From a virus (Duplodnaviria > Heunggongvirae > Uroviricota > Caudoviricetes), in IMG/VR virus record IMGVR_UViG_2609459845_000009: a stretch of DNA of 17,583 nt; one strand, written 5' to 3'. Shown piece after piece: positions 7,976 through 17,420 of this stretch. Within the stretch, counting starts at the first letter, position 1; each line of letters opens with the position of its first letter. A model generated the notes under the pieces. It saw only the letters and a list, made by a program, of their open reading frames with translations, was not told where the DNA came from and ran no database searches. Both the position numbers and the translations under genes were made by a program.

Positions 7976-8500
7976 GCCGCCCTCCTGACGCCCTGCCCGA
8001 TCGCCATCAATGCCGCTTTGGATACGGTAGTAAACATCCGTCGAGGACTGATGAACGGTCGCCAAATCAGCAGCATGGAGCCTTTGCTGTTTCCCTTCTT
8101 CTCCAGCCCTGTCGATGGTTCGATAAAATTAATCCGTCCATCAGTGATAATGCGAACTTCGTCGACACTCTCCAGAGCCTTGCTGAACCATCCGACTGAC
8201 ATATCCTCTGGCACAAGCATAACTACCGTCTGTCGCTGTTGTATGCACTGCTCAGCGGCTTTTTCCACCCACGGCCTGATATTGCTGTACGGTGGGTTAT
8301 TCCAGATTGCACCGTGGCTTATCCACTCAGAATTTAGCGCGTCGTCGGCCTCAGTTAACCAGTGAGCGCACAGAGCATTTTTTGTCGCTCGCTGCCGAAT
8401 CCAGCCAGAATCCAAACTCAATATCCAGTGCATCAAAAAGCCAAAGCGGCGTTTGCCAGCAGTCCTTGTCGTGTGCTGGCGTATTTGATTTGATAGTCAT
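7972..8500 (-). pseudogene. Phage-type DNA N6-adenine methyltransferase (Dam) interrupted by a frameshift in an A6 run
   Basis: N-terminal frame (8500-8351) has MTIKSNTPAHDKDCWQTPLWLFDALDIEFGFWLDSAASD; C-terminal frame (to 7972) has NALCAHWLTEADD...NNPPYS (motif IV). The frames meet at T6 on plus strand 8378-8383; removing one A restores a continuous protein. Confidence 0.7.
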
Positions 8501-8937
8501 GCAGCCCGATCTCCCCATCGCGCTTTCCATTCGAGAGCCAGTCGCGCTTCGTCTGACCACTTAACGCCACGCTCTGTACCGAATGCCTGTATAAGCTCTA
8601 ATAGCTCCGCAAATTCGTTTACACGCATCCTGCTGGTTGACTGGCCTATTACCACAAAGCCATTCCCGGCAAGGTTAGGAACAACATCCTGCTGCTTTAA
8701 TGCTGCGGTAAACACACACTTCCAGCTTTCTGCATCCAGCCAGCGACCATGCCATTCAACCTGACGAGAGACGTCACCAAGGCAAGCCCAAAGCTTTCGA
8801 TTCTGGTCTAAGCTGCGGTTGCGTTCCTGAATGGTTACTACGATTGGTTTGGTTGGGTCTGGAAGAATTTGCTGTACCGCGTGAATAGCGTTTTGCTGAT
8901 GTGCTGGAGATCGAATTTCAAAGGTTAGTTTTTTCAT
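8497..8937 (-). CDS. ninB: NinB (Orf-family recombination protein)
   Basis: MKKLTFEIRSPAHQQNAIHAVQQILPDPTKPIVVTIQERNRSLDQNRKLWACLGDVSRQVEWHGRWLD... matches lambda NinB from memory; ATG at 8937. Confidence 0.9.
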   Translation of the reverse strand: MKKLTFEIRSPAHQQNAIHAVQQILPDPTKPIVVTIQERNRSLDQNRKLWACLGDVSRQVEWHGRWLDAESWKCVFTAALKQQDVVPNLAGNGFVVIGQSTSRMRVNEFAELLELIQAFGTERGVKWSDEARLALEWKARWGDRAA

Positions 8938-8953
8938 GACTTCCCTCTCCCCC

Positions 8954-8985
8954 AAATAAAAAGGCCTGCGATTACCAGCAGGCCT
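8954..8985 (-). terminator. Intrinsic terminator between ren and ninB (tR2 position)
   Basis: Minus-strand hairpin AGGCCUGC-UGGUAAUC-GCAGGCCU (plus 8962-8985) followed by UUUUUAUUU. Confidence 0.6.
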
Positions 8986-9010
8986 GTTATTAGCTCAGTG
9001 ATGTAGATGG

Positions 9011-9301
9011 TCATCTTTTAACTCCATATACTGCCAATACCCGTTTCATCGCGGCACTCTGGCGACACTCCTTAAAAATCAGGTTCGTGCTCATCTTTCC
9101 TTCCCGTTCTTCCCTGGTAGCAAATCGGTAATACACCGTTCGCCAGACCTTACCTTCGATAACCAGAAGACCTGCCCGTGCCATTTTAGCCGCGGCCTGA
9201 TTTATGCTGGTTACTGTTGCGCCTGTTAGCGCGGCAACGTCCGGCGCACAGAAGCTATTATGCGTCCCCAGGTAATGAATAATTGCCTCTTTGCCCGTCA
9301 T
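9011..9301 (-). CDS. ren: Ren
   Basis: 96-aa MTGKEAIIHYLGTHNSFCAPDVAALTGATVTSINQAAAKMARAGLLVIEGKVWRTVYYRFATREEREGK... matches lambda Ren from memory. Confidence 0.85.
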   Translation of the reverse strand: MTGKEAIIHYLGTHNSFCAPDVAALTGATVTSINQAAAKMARAGLLVIEGKVWRTVYYRFATREEREGKMSTNLIFKECRQSAAMKRVLAVYGVKR

Positions 9302-9999
9302 ACACTTGCTCCTTTCAGTCCGAACTTAGCTTTGATTTCTGCGATCTTCGCCAGAGCCTGTGCACGATTTAGAGGTCTACCGCCCATGACAGGAAGTTGT
9401 TTTACTGGTTCAGGGATCGCCTCACCACGGTTAATTCTCGCAGTCATATGGACAAGCTCATCTGCGGCCTTACGGCGTAATTCCGCATCAGTAAGCGCAT
9501 TGGCCCGCATGTTCTGATACAGGTTGGTAACCAGCCAGTAGTGCGCGTTTGATTTCCACGGATAAGACTCCGCATCCGGATACAGGCCTCGCTTCCGGCA
9601 ATACTCGTAAACCATATCAACCAGCTCGCTGACGTTTGGCAGTCCGGCGGTAACGGATGCTTCTTCCCGGCACCATGCAACAAACTGCCCGGGTGATGGC
9701 AGAAATGGTCGATTCTGCCGACGGGCTACGCGCATTCCTGCGTTAACCTGTTCCATCGTGGTGATCCCGTTTTCCCGAAAAGCCAGAACCCACTGGCGAC
9801 GGATTTCGTTCACTTCGTTCTGGTCACGGTTAGCCAGGCTCGCCGGGAAAGTTGCCAGTAACTGGCTGAACACACCGTTGATGATCTGCGCTACCTGCTG
9901 TACCTGCGGCTTTTCGTCGTACTGTTCCGGCATGTTGTTGGCGATCCGACGCATCTGCTCACGGTCAAAGTTAACCATCTGTGCGGCGATGTTTTTCAT
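9298..9999 (-). CDS. P: Replication protein P (DnaB helicase loader)
   Basis: 233 aa, MKNIAAQMVNFDREQMRRIANNMPEQYDEKPQVQQVAQIINGVFSQLLATFPASLANRDQNEVNEIRRQW... matches lambda P; ATGA overlap with O stop. Confidence 0.95.
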   Translation of the reverse strand: MKNIAAQMVNFDREQMRRIANNMPEQYDEKPQVQQVAQIINGVFSQLLATFPASLANRDQNEVNEIRRQWVLAFRENGITTMEQVNAGMRVARRQNRPFLPSPGQFVAWCREEASVTAGLPNVSELVDMVYEYCRKRGLYPDAESYPWKSNAHYWLVTNLYQNMRANALTDAELRRKAADELVHMTARINRGEAIPEPVKQLPVMGGRPLNRAQALAKIAEIKAKFGLKGASV

Positions 10000-10895
10000 A
10001 GATCCACCCCGTAAATCCAGTCTGTGTTTGTCAGGTCGAGTTTTGGTTTGCTGGCTGTCATGCCTGCCTGTTGCTTGTTACGGTTGATTTCGAGTTGGGT
10101 CCACTTATCGCGGAGTTTGGCCGGGCTCAGCACGTTACCGGACCAGAAGTTGTCCTGGCATGCCCAGCGGAACAGCACGCACATGTCACGGTGGTTACGT
10201 CCGTCACGTTCACGCATCAGGCGGATATCGTTAGCCCACCCAGCAAAATTCGGTTTTCTGGCTGATGGTGCGATAGTCTTCACCATGTCAAACATCCACT
10301 CTGCGGCGGTCAGGTCTTCTGCTGTCCCCCACTTGCTGCCGCTCTGAATTGCAGCATCCGGTTTCACCACAGAAAGGTCGTTTTCTGGCTGGTCAGAGGA
10401 TTCGCCAGAATTCTCTGACGAATAATCTTTTCTTTTTTCTTTTGTAATAGTGTCTTTTGTGTCCCCCTGTTTTGAGGGATAGCAATCCCCCAATTTGAGG
10501 GATGTTTTATCCCTCGTTTTAGGGGATTTTCCCTCGTTTTGAGGGATGCACCATTCTGAGATGTTTTTATTTGGTCCAAACATGCCGCCTTGCTGCTTGA
10601 TAATATTCATTCTGACGAGTTCTAACTTGGCTTCATTGCACCGTTTGACGGGTAACTTTGTAATCTCGCTAAGTTGAGAATCGGTGATTCTGTCCATTGG
10701 TTTATTCCACCCATAGGTTTTACGCAGAATGGCAAGCAGCACTTTAAACTGTCGCTTGGTCAGATCTGCGCCCGAATAAGCCTCAAGCAGCATATTTGAT
10801 AGTCTGGCGTAACCATCATCGAGATCTGCCACATTACGCTCCTGTCCGGCAAAGTTACCTCTGCCGAAGTTGAGTATTTTTGCTGTATTTGTCAT
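9996..10895 (-). CDS. O: Replication initiator O
   Basis: 299 aa, MTNTAKILNFGRGNFAGQERNVADLDDGYARLSNMLLEAYSGADLTKRQFKVLLAILRKTYGWNKP... matches lambda O; contains the iteron array. Confidence 0.95.
   Translation of the reverse strand: MTNTAKILNFGRGNFAGQERNVADLDDGYARLSNMLLEAYSGADLTKRQFKVLLAILRKTYGWNKPMDRITDSQLSEITKLPVKRCNEAKLELVRMNIIKQQGGMFGPNKNISEWCIPQNEGKSPKTRDKTSLKLGDCYPSKQGDTKDTITKEKRKDYSSENSGESSDQPENDLSVVKPDAAIQSGSKWGTAEDLTAAEWMFDMVKTIAPSARKPNFAGWANDIRLMRERDGRNHRDMCVLFRWACQDNFWSGNVLSPAKLRDKWTQLEINRNKQQAGMTASKPKLDLTNTDWIYGVDL
10420..10547. repeat. ori-lambda-type origin: four ~19-bp iterons plus adjacent AT-rich segment inside O
   Basis: Repeated TCCCTCAAA-type units on the minus strand (plus strand: tttgagggat...tttgagggatg...atccctcgttttagggga...ccctcgttttgagggatg) at about 10460-10547, flanked by AT-rich 10421-10450. 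Confidence 0.8.
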
Positions 10896-10905
10896 AATGA
10901 CTCCT

Positions 10906-10982
10906 GTTGATAGATCCAGTAATGACCTCAGAACTCCATCTGGATTTGTTCAGAACGCTCGGTTGCCGCCGGGCGTTTTTTA
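10906..10982 (+). ncRNA. oop: oop antisense RNA
   Basis: GTTGATAGATCCAGTAATGACCTCAGAACTCCATCTGGATTTGTTCAGAACGCTCGGTTGCCGCCGGGCGTTTTTTATT, antisense to the cII 3' end, ending in a GC hairpin plus T-run; matches lambda oop from memory. Confidence 0.7.
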
Positions 10983-11221
10983 TTGGTGAGAATCGCAGCA
11001 ACTTGTCGCGCCAATCGAGCCATGTCGTCGTCAACGACCCCCCATTCAAGAACAGCAAGCAGCATTGAGAACTTTGGAATCCAGTCCCTCTTCCACCTGC
11101 TGATCTGCGACTTATCAACGCCCACAGCTTCCGCTGTCTTCTCAGTTCCAAGCATTGCGATTTTGTTAAGCAACGCACTCTCGATTCGTAGAGCCTCGTT
11201 GCGTTTGTTTGCACGAACCAT
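10928..11221 (-). CDS. cII: Transcriptional activator CII
   Basis: MVRANKRNEALRIESALLNKIAMLGTEKTAEAVGVDKSQISRWKRDWIPKFSMLLAVLEWGVVDDDMARLARQVAAILTNKKRPAATERSEQIQMEF matches lambda CII; ATG at 11221. Confidence 0.95.
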   Translation of the reverse strand: MVRANKRNEALRIESALLNKIAMLGTEKTAEAVGVDKSQISRWKRDWIPKFSMLLAVLEWGVVDDDMARLARQVAAILTNKKRPAATERSEQIQMEF

Positions 11222-11300
11222 ATGTAAGTATTTCCTTAGATAACAATTGATTGAATGTATGCAAATAAATGCATACACCATAGGTGTGGTTTAATTTGAT

Positions 11301-11332
11301 GCCCTTTTTCAGGGCTGGGATGTGTAAGAGCG
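11301..11332 (-). promoter_or_regulatory. nutR (boxA CGCTCTTACACA, boxB GCCCTGAAAAAGGGC)
   Basis: Reverse complement of 11301-11332 gives the boxA and boxB hairpin between cro and cII. Confidence 0.75.
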
Positions 11333-11340
11333 GGAATGTC

Positions 11341-12696
<1,356 letters not shown>

Positions 12697-12746
12697 TCCC
12701 CACCTCAATCTCGATAACCAAAAAACAAACTATTTTCCGTTTAAAA

Positions 12747-12815
12747 ACAATGGAGTTTGTTTTTCATGCCCCTTTCTTACAATATTTCTTGTTTACAACA
12801 TACAATCTTTTTTGT
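12747..12815. promoter_or_regulatory. 434-type left operator OL sites with pL
   Basis: ACAA-N6-TTGT 14-mers at 12747-12760 (ACAATGGAGTTTGT), 12779-12792 (ACAATATTTCTTGT) and 12802-12815 (ACAATCTTTTTTGT), upstream of nutL and N. Confidence 0.75.
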
Positions 12816-12860
12816 AATTTTAAACCATCAGCAGGACGCACTGACCACCATTGAAGGTGA

Positions 12861-12891
12861 TGCTCTTAAAAATTAAGCCCTGAAGAAGGGC
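12861..12891 (+). promoter_or_regulatory. nutL (boxA TGCTCTTAA, boxB GCCCTGAAGAAGGGC)
   Basis: Read directly at 12861-12869 and 12877-12891. Confidence 0.8.
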
Positions 12892-13049
12892 AGCATTCAA
12901 AGCAGAAGGCTTTGGGGTGTGTGATACGAAACGAAGCATTGGCCGGAAGTGCGAATCCGGATTAGCTGCAAATGAGCCAATCGTGGGGTGTTTTCGTTCA
13001 GGACTACGACTCACACACACCACCAAAGCTAACTGACAAGAGAATCCAG

Positions 13050-13373
13050 ATGGATGCACAAACACGCCGCCGCGAACGTCGCGCAGAGAAACAGGCTCAA
13101 TGGAAAGCAGCAAATCCCCTGTTGGTTGGGGTAAGCGCAAAACCAGTTAACCGCCCTATTCTCTCGCTGAATCGCAAACCGAAATCACGAGTAGAAAGCG
13201 CACTGAATCCGATAGACCTTACGGTGCTGGCTGAATACCACGAACAGATTGAAAGCAACCTGCAACGTATTGAGCGCAAGAATCTTCGAGTTTGGTATAG
13301 CAAGCCAAGTGAGTTCGGTATAACTTGTCAAGGAAGACAAAAGGTTAAAGGGAAATCCATTCCATTGGCATGA
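13050..13373 (+). CDS. N: Antiterminator N
   Basis: MDAQTRRRERRAEKQAQWKAANPLLVGVSAKPVNRPILSLNRKPKSRVESALNPIDLTVLAEYHEQIESNLQRIERKN... matches lambda N, including the arginine-rich boxB-binding motif; ATG 13050. Confidence 0.95.
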   Translation: MDAQTRRRERRAEKQAQWKAANPLLVGVSAKPVNRPILSLNRKPKSRVESALNPIDLTVLAEYHEQIESNLQRIERKNLRVWYSKPSEFGITCQGRQKVKGKSIPLA

Positions 13374-13523
13374 GGTACGTAATGAAGAAAATTGATTACA
13401 AGTCCATACCAAAACCAATAGACTCAGCATCAGAGCGAAAAAAAACACAAAAAAGAGGCTGAAAAATTAGCAAATTATATCAGTTTTATTAGAAACAATG
13501 CTCACGGCGATGGCGACAGGAAG

Positions 13524-14252
13524 TTGCTTTCAGATGCCCGGACCCAAGCGTTCAGCATACTTCGTAAGCAGATGCAATATCGTCTTCATCCAGGCTACAT
13601 AATTGAAATTCGCCCGACTGAAAGACAATTGTTCTTATTAAACTCTGTCTTTGACTTTGTAAACGTAGTTGGAGATCTTATCGACAGGTCTGTAGATAAG
13701 GCTCCTGATACAAATAGTTTTCTTCTAACAAATAAAGAATACTTATATGGTAAATTTGGTATAAACGGATGGCAAAAATATGTACGATTCTTACGTGCAT
13801 TCGTTGATGCGAATAAAAATTCCGACATGATTTATACATATTTGCCTGGTGGTAATAATTGTACGCTTTCGGCAGACAATAGAATATTCATACCTATACT
13901 TGGTCTTGGGCTGATTAATGCAGTAAATGAAAGAGATGTTATAATTGTTAAGCAGTGGCGAAAGCATGAGGGATATAGATATCTGCCATGCTTTGATATA
14001 TTAAAAATACAGAATAAATTCTATGTAAAAATTAAATATAAAGAAGATGTTTTCTTCCTCAGAAAAAACAAAGATCTTTTACAAGAACTTTCTGGGACAA
14101 TAGATGTCATCGTAGGTTCTAGGTTTATAAAAGAACTGAAAGAAAGCAGGTCTTTCTCTCGTGTAGAGATAAGCGAGTCAGAGTTATGGGGTATATCAAA
14201 TAATCCTGTAAACCACGCTCACCAACGAAATCCAAACAAAAAGTGGTCATAA
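13524..14252 (+). CDS. Hypothetical 242-aa protein in an AT-rich insert between N and ea10 (the ral/sieB position)
   Basis: Long ORF with TTG start at 13524 (the first in-frame ATG, at 13572, would give 226 aa); no recognisable motifs; followed by a hairpin plus T-run. Confidence 0.5.
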   Translation: MLSDARTQAFSILRKQMQYRLHPGYIIEIRPTERQLFLLNSVFDFVNVVGDLIDRSVDKAPDTNSFLLTNKEYLYGKFGINGWQKYVRFLRAFVDANKNSDMIYTYLPGGNNCTLSADNRIFIPILGLGLINAVNERDVIIVKQWRKHEGYRYLPCFDILKIQNKFYVKIKYKEDVFFLRKNKDLLQELSGTIDVIVGSRFIKELKESRSFSRVEISESELWGISNNPVNHAHQRNPNKKWS

Positions 14253-14276
14253 CCCGCTCAGGCGGGTTTCATTTTC
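14251..14276 (+). terminator. Putative intrinsic terminator after the 242-aa gene
   Basis: AACCCGC-TCAG-GCGGGTT hairpin followed by TCATTTT. Confidence 0.45.
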
Positions 14277-14394
14277 ACGCAAACAACAGAATAAACACTG
14301 CACTGTGTATTCATTCCAACGAGTGAATACACGGAGCAATGTCGCTCGTAACTAAACAGGAGTCGACTTGTTCTGATTATTGGAAATCTTCTTT

Positions 14395-14421
14395 GCCCTC
14401 CAGTGTGAGGGCGATTTTTTA
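14395..14421 (+). terminator. Intrinsic terminator or attenuator upstream of ea10
   Basis: GCCCTC-CAGTGT-GAGGGC hairpin followed by GATTTTTT. Confidence 0.6.
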
Positions 14422-14440
14422 TCTGTGAGGATATGAACAG

Positions 14441-14809
14441 ATGTCAAACATCAAAAAATACATCATTGATTACGACTGGAAAGCATCAATAGAAATTGAA
14501 ATCGACCATGACGTAATGACAGAGGAAAAACTTCACCAGATTAATAATTTCTGGTCAGACTCTGAATACCGACTCAATAAACACGGCTCTGTATTAAATG
14601 CTGTATTAATCATGCTGGCGCAACATGCTCTGCTTATAGCAATTTCAAGCGACTTAAATGCATATGGTGTTGTGTGTGAGTTCGACTGGAATGATGGAAA
14701 TGGTCAGGAAGGATGGCCTCCAATGGATGGTAGCGAAGGAATAAGAATTACCGATATCGATACATCAGGAATATTTGATCCAGATGATATGACTATCAAA
14801 GCCGCCTGA
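14441..14809 (+). CDS. ea10: Ea10-like early protein
   Basis: 122-aa ORF directly upstream of cIII, matching the lambda ea10 position and length; sequence identity to lambda Ea10 is recalled only tentatively. Confidence 0.6.
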   Translation: MSNIKKYIIDYDWKASIEIEIDHDVMTEEKLHQINNFWSDSEYRLNKHGSVLNAVLIMLAQHALLIAISSDLNAYGVVCEFDWNDGNGQEGWPPMDGSEGIRITDIDTSGIFDPDDMTIKAA

Positions 14810-14881
14810 GCGCGGCGTTACCGCATACCAATAACGCTTCACTCGAGGCGTTTTTCGTTATGTATAAATAAGGAGCACACC

Positions 14882-15046
14882 ATGCAATATGCCATTGCAG
14901 GGTGGCCTGTTGCTGGCTGCCCTTCCGAATCTTTACTTGAACGAATCACCCGTAAATTACGTGACGGATGGAAACGCCTTATCGACATACTTAATCAGCC
15001 AGGAGTCCCAAAAAATGGATCAAACACTTATGGCTATCCAGACTAA
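14882..15046 (+). CDS. cIII: CIII (FtsH inhibitor)
   Basis: [54 protein letters not shown] matches lambda CIII; AGGAG 6 nt upstream. Not in the ORF track (under 60 aa). Confidence 0.9.
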   Translation: MQYAIAGWPVAGCPSESLLERITRKLRDGWKRLIDILNQPGVPKNGSNTYGYPD

Positions 15047-15179
15047 ATTCACTATCGCCACTTTTATTGGCGATGAAAAGATGTTTCGTGAGGCCGTCGA
15101 CGCTTATAAAAAATGGATATTAATACTGAAACTGAGATCAAGCAAAAGCATTCACTACCCCCCTTCCCTGTTTTCCTAA
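15015..15179 (+). CDS. kil: Kil (host-killing / FtsZ-inhibiting protein)
   Basis: [43 protein letters not shown]... in the frame overlapping the cIII 3' end; AGGAG upstream. Exact start (15015 or 15030) is uncertain. Confidence 0.75.
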   Translation: MDQTLMAIQTKFTIATFIGDEKMFREAVDAYKKWILILKLRSSKSIHYPPSLFS

Positions 15180-15529
15180 TCAGCCCGGCATTTCGCGGAC
15201 GATATTTTCACAGCTATTTCAGGAGTTCAGCCATGAACGCTTATTACATTCAGGATCGTCTTGAGGCTCAGAGCTGGGCGCGTCACTACCAGCAGATCGC
15301 CCGTGAAGAGAAAGAGGCAGAACTGGCAGACGACATGGAAAAAGGCCTGCCCCAGCACCTGTTTGAATCGCTATGCATCGATCATTTGCAACGCCACGGG
15401 GCCAGCAAAAAAGCCATTACCCGTGCGTTTGATGACGATGTTGAGTTTCAGGAGCGCATGGCAGAACACATCCGGTACATGGTTGAAACCATTGCTCACC
15501 ATCAGGTTGATATTGATTCAGAGGTATAA
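15113..15529 (+). CDS. gam: Gam (RecBCD inhibitor)
   Basis: 138 aa, [71 protein letters not shown]... matches lambda Gam. Confidence 0.95.
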   Translation: MDINTETEIKQKHSLPPFPVFLISPAFRGRYFHSYFRSSAMNAYYIQDRLEAQSWARHYQQIAREEKEAELADDMEKGLPQHLFESLCIDHLQRHGASKKAITRAFDDDVEFQERMAEHIRYMVETIAHHQVDIDSEV

Positions 15530-15534
15530 AACGG

Positions 15535-16320
15535 ATGAGTACAGCACTCGCAACGCTGGCAGGGAAGCTGGCTGAACGTGTCGGCATGGATTCTGTCGAC
15601 CCACAGGAACTGATCACCACTCTTCGCCAGACGGCATTTAAAGGTGATGCCAGCGATGCGCAGTTCATCGCATTGTTGATCGTCGCCAACCAGTACGGCC
15701 TTAATCCGTGGACGAAAGAAATTTACGCCTTCCCTGATAAGCAGAACGGCATCGTTCCGGTGGTGGGCGTTGATGGCTGGTCCCGTATCATCAATGAAAA
15801 CCAGCAGTTTGATGGCATGGACTTTGAGCAGGACAATGAATCCTGCACATGCCGGATTTACCGCAAGGACCGTAATCATCCGATCTGCGTTACCGAGTGG
15901 ATGGATGAATGCCGCCGCGAACCATTCAAAACCCGCGAAGGCAGAGAAATCACGGGGCCGTGGCAGTCGCATCCCAAACGGATGTTGCGTCATAAAGCCA
16001 TGATTCAGTGTGCCCGTCTGGCCTTCGGATTTGCTGGTATCTATGACAAGGATGAAGCCGAGCGCATTGTCGAAAATACCGCATACACTGCAGAACGTCA
16101 GCCGGAACGCGACATCACTCCGGTTAACGATGAAACCATGCAGGAGATTAACACTCTGCTGATTGCCCTGGATAAAACATGGGATGACGACTTATTGCCG
16201 CTCTGTTCCCAGATATTTCGCCGCGACATTCGCGCATCGTCAGAACTGACACAGGCCGAAGCAGTGAAAGCTCTTGGATTCCTGAAACAGAAAGCCTCTG
16301 AGCAGAAGGTGGCTGCATGA
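15535..16320 (+). CDS. bet: Bet (Red-beta single-strand annealing protein)
   Basis: 261 aa, [72 protein letters not shown]... matches lambda Bet. Confidence 0.95.
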   Translation: MSTALATLAGKLAERVGMDSVDPQELITTLRQTAFKGDASDAQFIALLIVANQYGLNPWTKEIYAFPDKQNGIVPVVGVDGWSRIINENQQFDGMDFEQDNESCTCRIYRKDRNHPICVTEWMDECRREPFKTREGREITGPWQSHPKRMLRHKAMIQCARLAFGFAGIYDKDEAERIVENTAYTAERQPERDITPVNDETMQEINTLLIALDKTWDDDLLPLCSQIFRRDIRASSELTQAEAVKALGFLKQKASEQKVAA

Positions 16321-16997
16321 CACCGGACATTATCCTGCAGCGTACCGGGATCGACGTGAGAGCTGTCGAACAGGGAGATGATGCGTGGAACAAATTACGA
16401 CTCGGCGTCATCACGGCTTCAGAAGTTCACAATGTGATAGCAAAACCCCGCTCCGGTAAAAAGTGGCCTGACATGAAAATGTCCTACTTTCACACCCTGC
16501 TGGCTGAGATTTGTACCGGTGTGGCTCCGGAAGTTAACGCTAAGGCGCTGGCCTGGGGAAAAAAGTACGAGAATGACGCCAGAGCCCTGTTTGAGTTTAC
16601 TTCCGGCGTGAATGTTACTGAATCCCCGATCATCTATCGCGACGAAAGTATGCGCACCGCCTGCTCTCCCGATGGTTTATGCAGTGACGGCAACGGCCTT
16701 GAGCTGAAATGCCCGTTTACCTCCCGGGATTTCATGAAGTTCCGGCTCGGTGGTTTCGAGGCCATAAAGTCGGCTTACATGGCCCAGGTGCAGTACAGCA
16801 TGTGGGTGACGCGAAAAGATGCCTGGTACTTTGCCAACTATGACCCACGAATGAAGCGTGAAGGCCTGCATTATGTCGTGGTTGAGCGGGATGAAAATTA
16901 CATGGCGAGTTTTGACGAGATGGTGCCGGAGTTCATCGAAAAAATGGACGAGGCACTGGCTGAAATTGGTTTTGTATTTGGGGAGCAATGGCGATGA
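16317..16997 (+). CDS. exo: Exo (Red-alpha 5'-3' exonuclease)
   Basis: 226 aa, [74 protein letters not shown]... matches lambda Exo; ATGA overlap with bet. Confidence 0.95.
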   Translation: MTPDIILQRTGIDVRAVEQGDDAWNKLRLGVITASEVHNVIAKPRSGKKWPDMKMSYFHTLLAEICTGVAPEVNAKALAWGKKYENDARALFEFTSGVNVTESPIIYRDESMRTACSPDGLCSDGNGLELKCPFTSRDFMKFRLGGFEAIKSAYMAQVQYSMWVTRKDAWYFANYDPRMKREGLHYVVVERDENYMASFDEMVPEFIEKMDEALAEIGFVFGEQWR

Positions 16998-17176
16998 CGC
17001 ATCCTCACGATAATATCCGGGTAGGCGCGATCACTTTCGTCTACTCCGTTACAAAGCGAGGCTGGGTATTTCCCGGCCTTTCTGTTACCCGAAATCCCCT
17101 GAAAGCACAGCGGCTGGCTGAGGAGATAAATAATAAACGGGGAGCTGTATGCACAAAGCATCTCCTGTTGAGTTAA
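16988..17176 (+). CDS. Small early-left protein (lambda orf60a-like)
   Basis: 62-aa ORF overlapping the exo stop, in the lambda orf60a position. Confidence 0.6.
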   Translation: MAMTHPHDNIRVGAITFVYSVTKRGWVFPGLSVTRNPLKAQRLAEEINNKRGAVCTKHLLLS

Positions 17177-17340
17177 GAACGAGCATTGAGATGGCACATA
17201 GCCTCGCTCAAATTGGAGTCAGGTTTGTGCCAATACCGGTAGAAACAGACGAAGAATTTCATACGTTAACCGCATCCCTTTCACAAAAGCTGGAAATGAT
17301 GGTGGCGAAAGCAGAAGCAGATGAGAGAGACCAGGTATGA
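17149..17340 (+). CDS. Small early-left protein (lambda orf63-like)
   Basis: 63-aa ORF overlapping the preceding gene, in the lambda orf63 position. Confidence 0.6.
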   Translation: MHKASPVELRTSIEMAHSLAQIGVRFVPIPVETDEEFHTLTASLSQKLEMMVAKAEADERDQV

Positions 17341-17420
17341 CAACCACTGAATGCATTTTTCTGGCAGCGGGCTTCATATTCTGTGTGCTTATGCTTGCCG
17401 ACATGGGACTTGTTCAATGA
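17337..17420 (+). CDS. Possible 27-aa hydrophobic peptide
   Basis: ATG 17337 overlaps the upstream stop (ATGA) and its own stop overlaps the next ATG (17417); MTTTECIFLAAGFIFCVLMLADMGLVQ is a single hydrophobic helix. Below the ORF-track cutoff. Confidence 0.35.
   Translation: MTTTECIFLAAGFIFCVLMLADMGLVQ

Noticed and set aside
9444-10347. Several ORFs (79-109 aa) on either strand within P and O
   Set aside because: Alternative-frame or antisense ORFs inside the replication genes.
10420-10547. Regular short repeats that could be mistaken for a CRISPR array
   Set aside because: The repeats are about 19-bp ori iterons inside the O gene with an adjacent AT-rich region, not repeat-spacer units.
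10928-11281. 117-aa extended cII ORF
   Set aside because: The lambda-like CII sequence starts at the internal ATG 11221; the extension runs into the nutR/tR1 region.
12972-13373. 133-aa extended N ORF
   Set aside because: The lambda-like N sequence starts at ATG 13050; the upstream in-frame extension covers the leader downstream of nutL.
14305-14331. 9-bp inverted repeat GTGTATTCA-N9-TGAATACAC between the 242-aa gene and ea10
   Set aside because: Could be an operator or RNA structure, but nothing in the sequence indicates function; noted only.
14889-15179. 96-aa ORF from the track
   Set aside because: Its 5' part overlaps cIII in another frame; the real gene is kil starting at the internal ATG 15015.
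15502-15993. 163-aa minus-strand ORF
   Set aside because: Antisense to bet, a confidently recognised gene.
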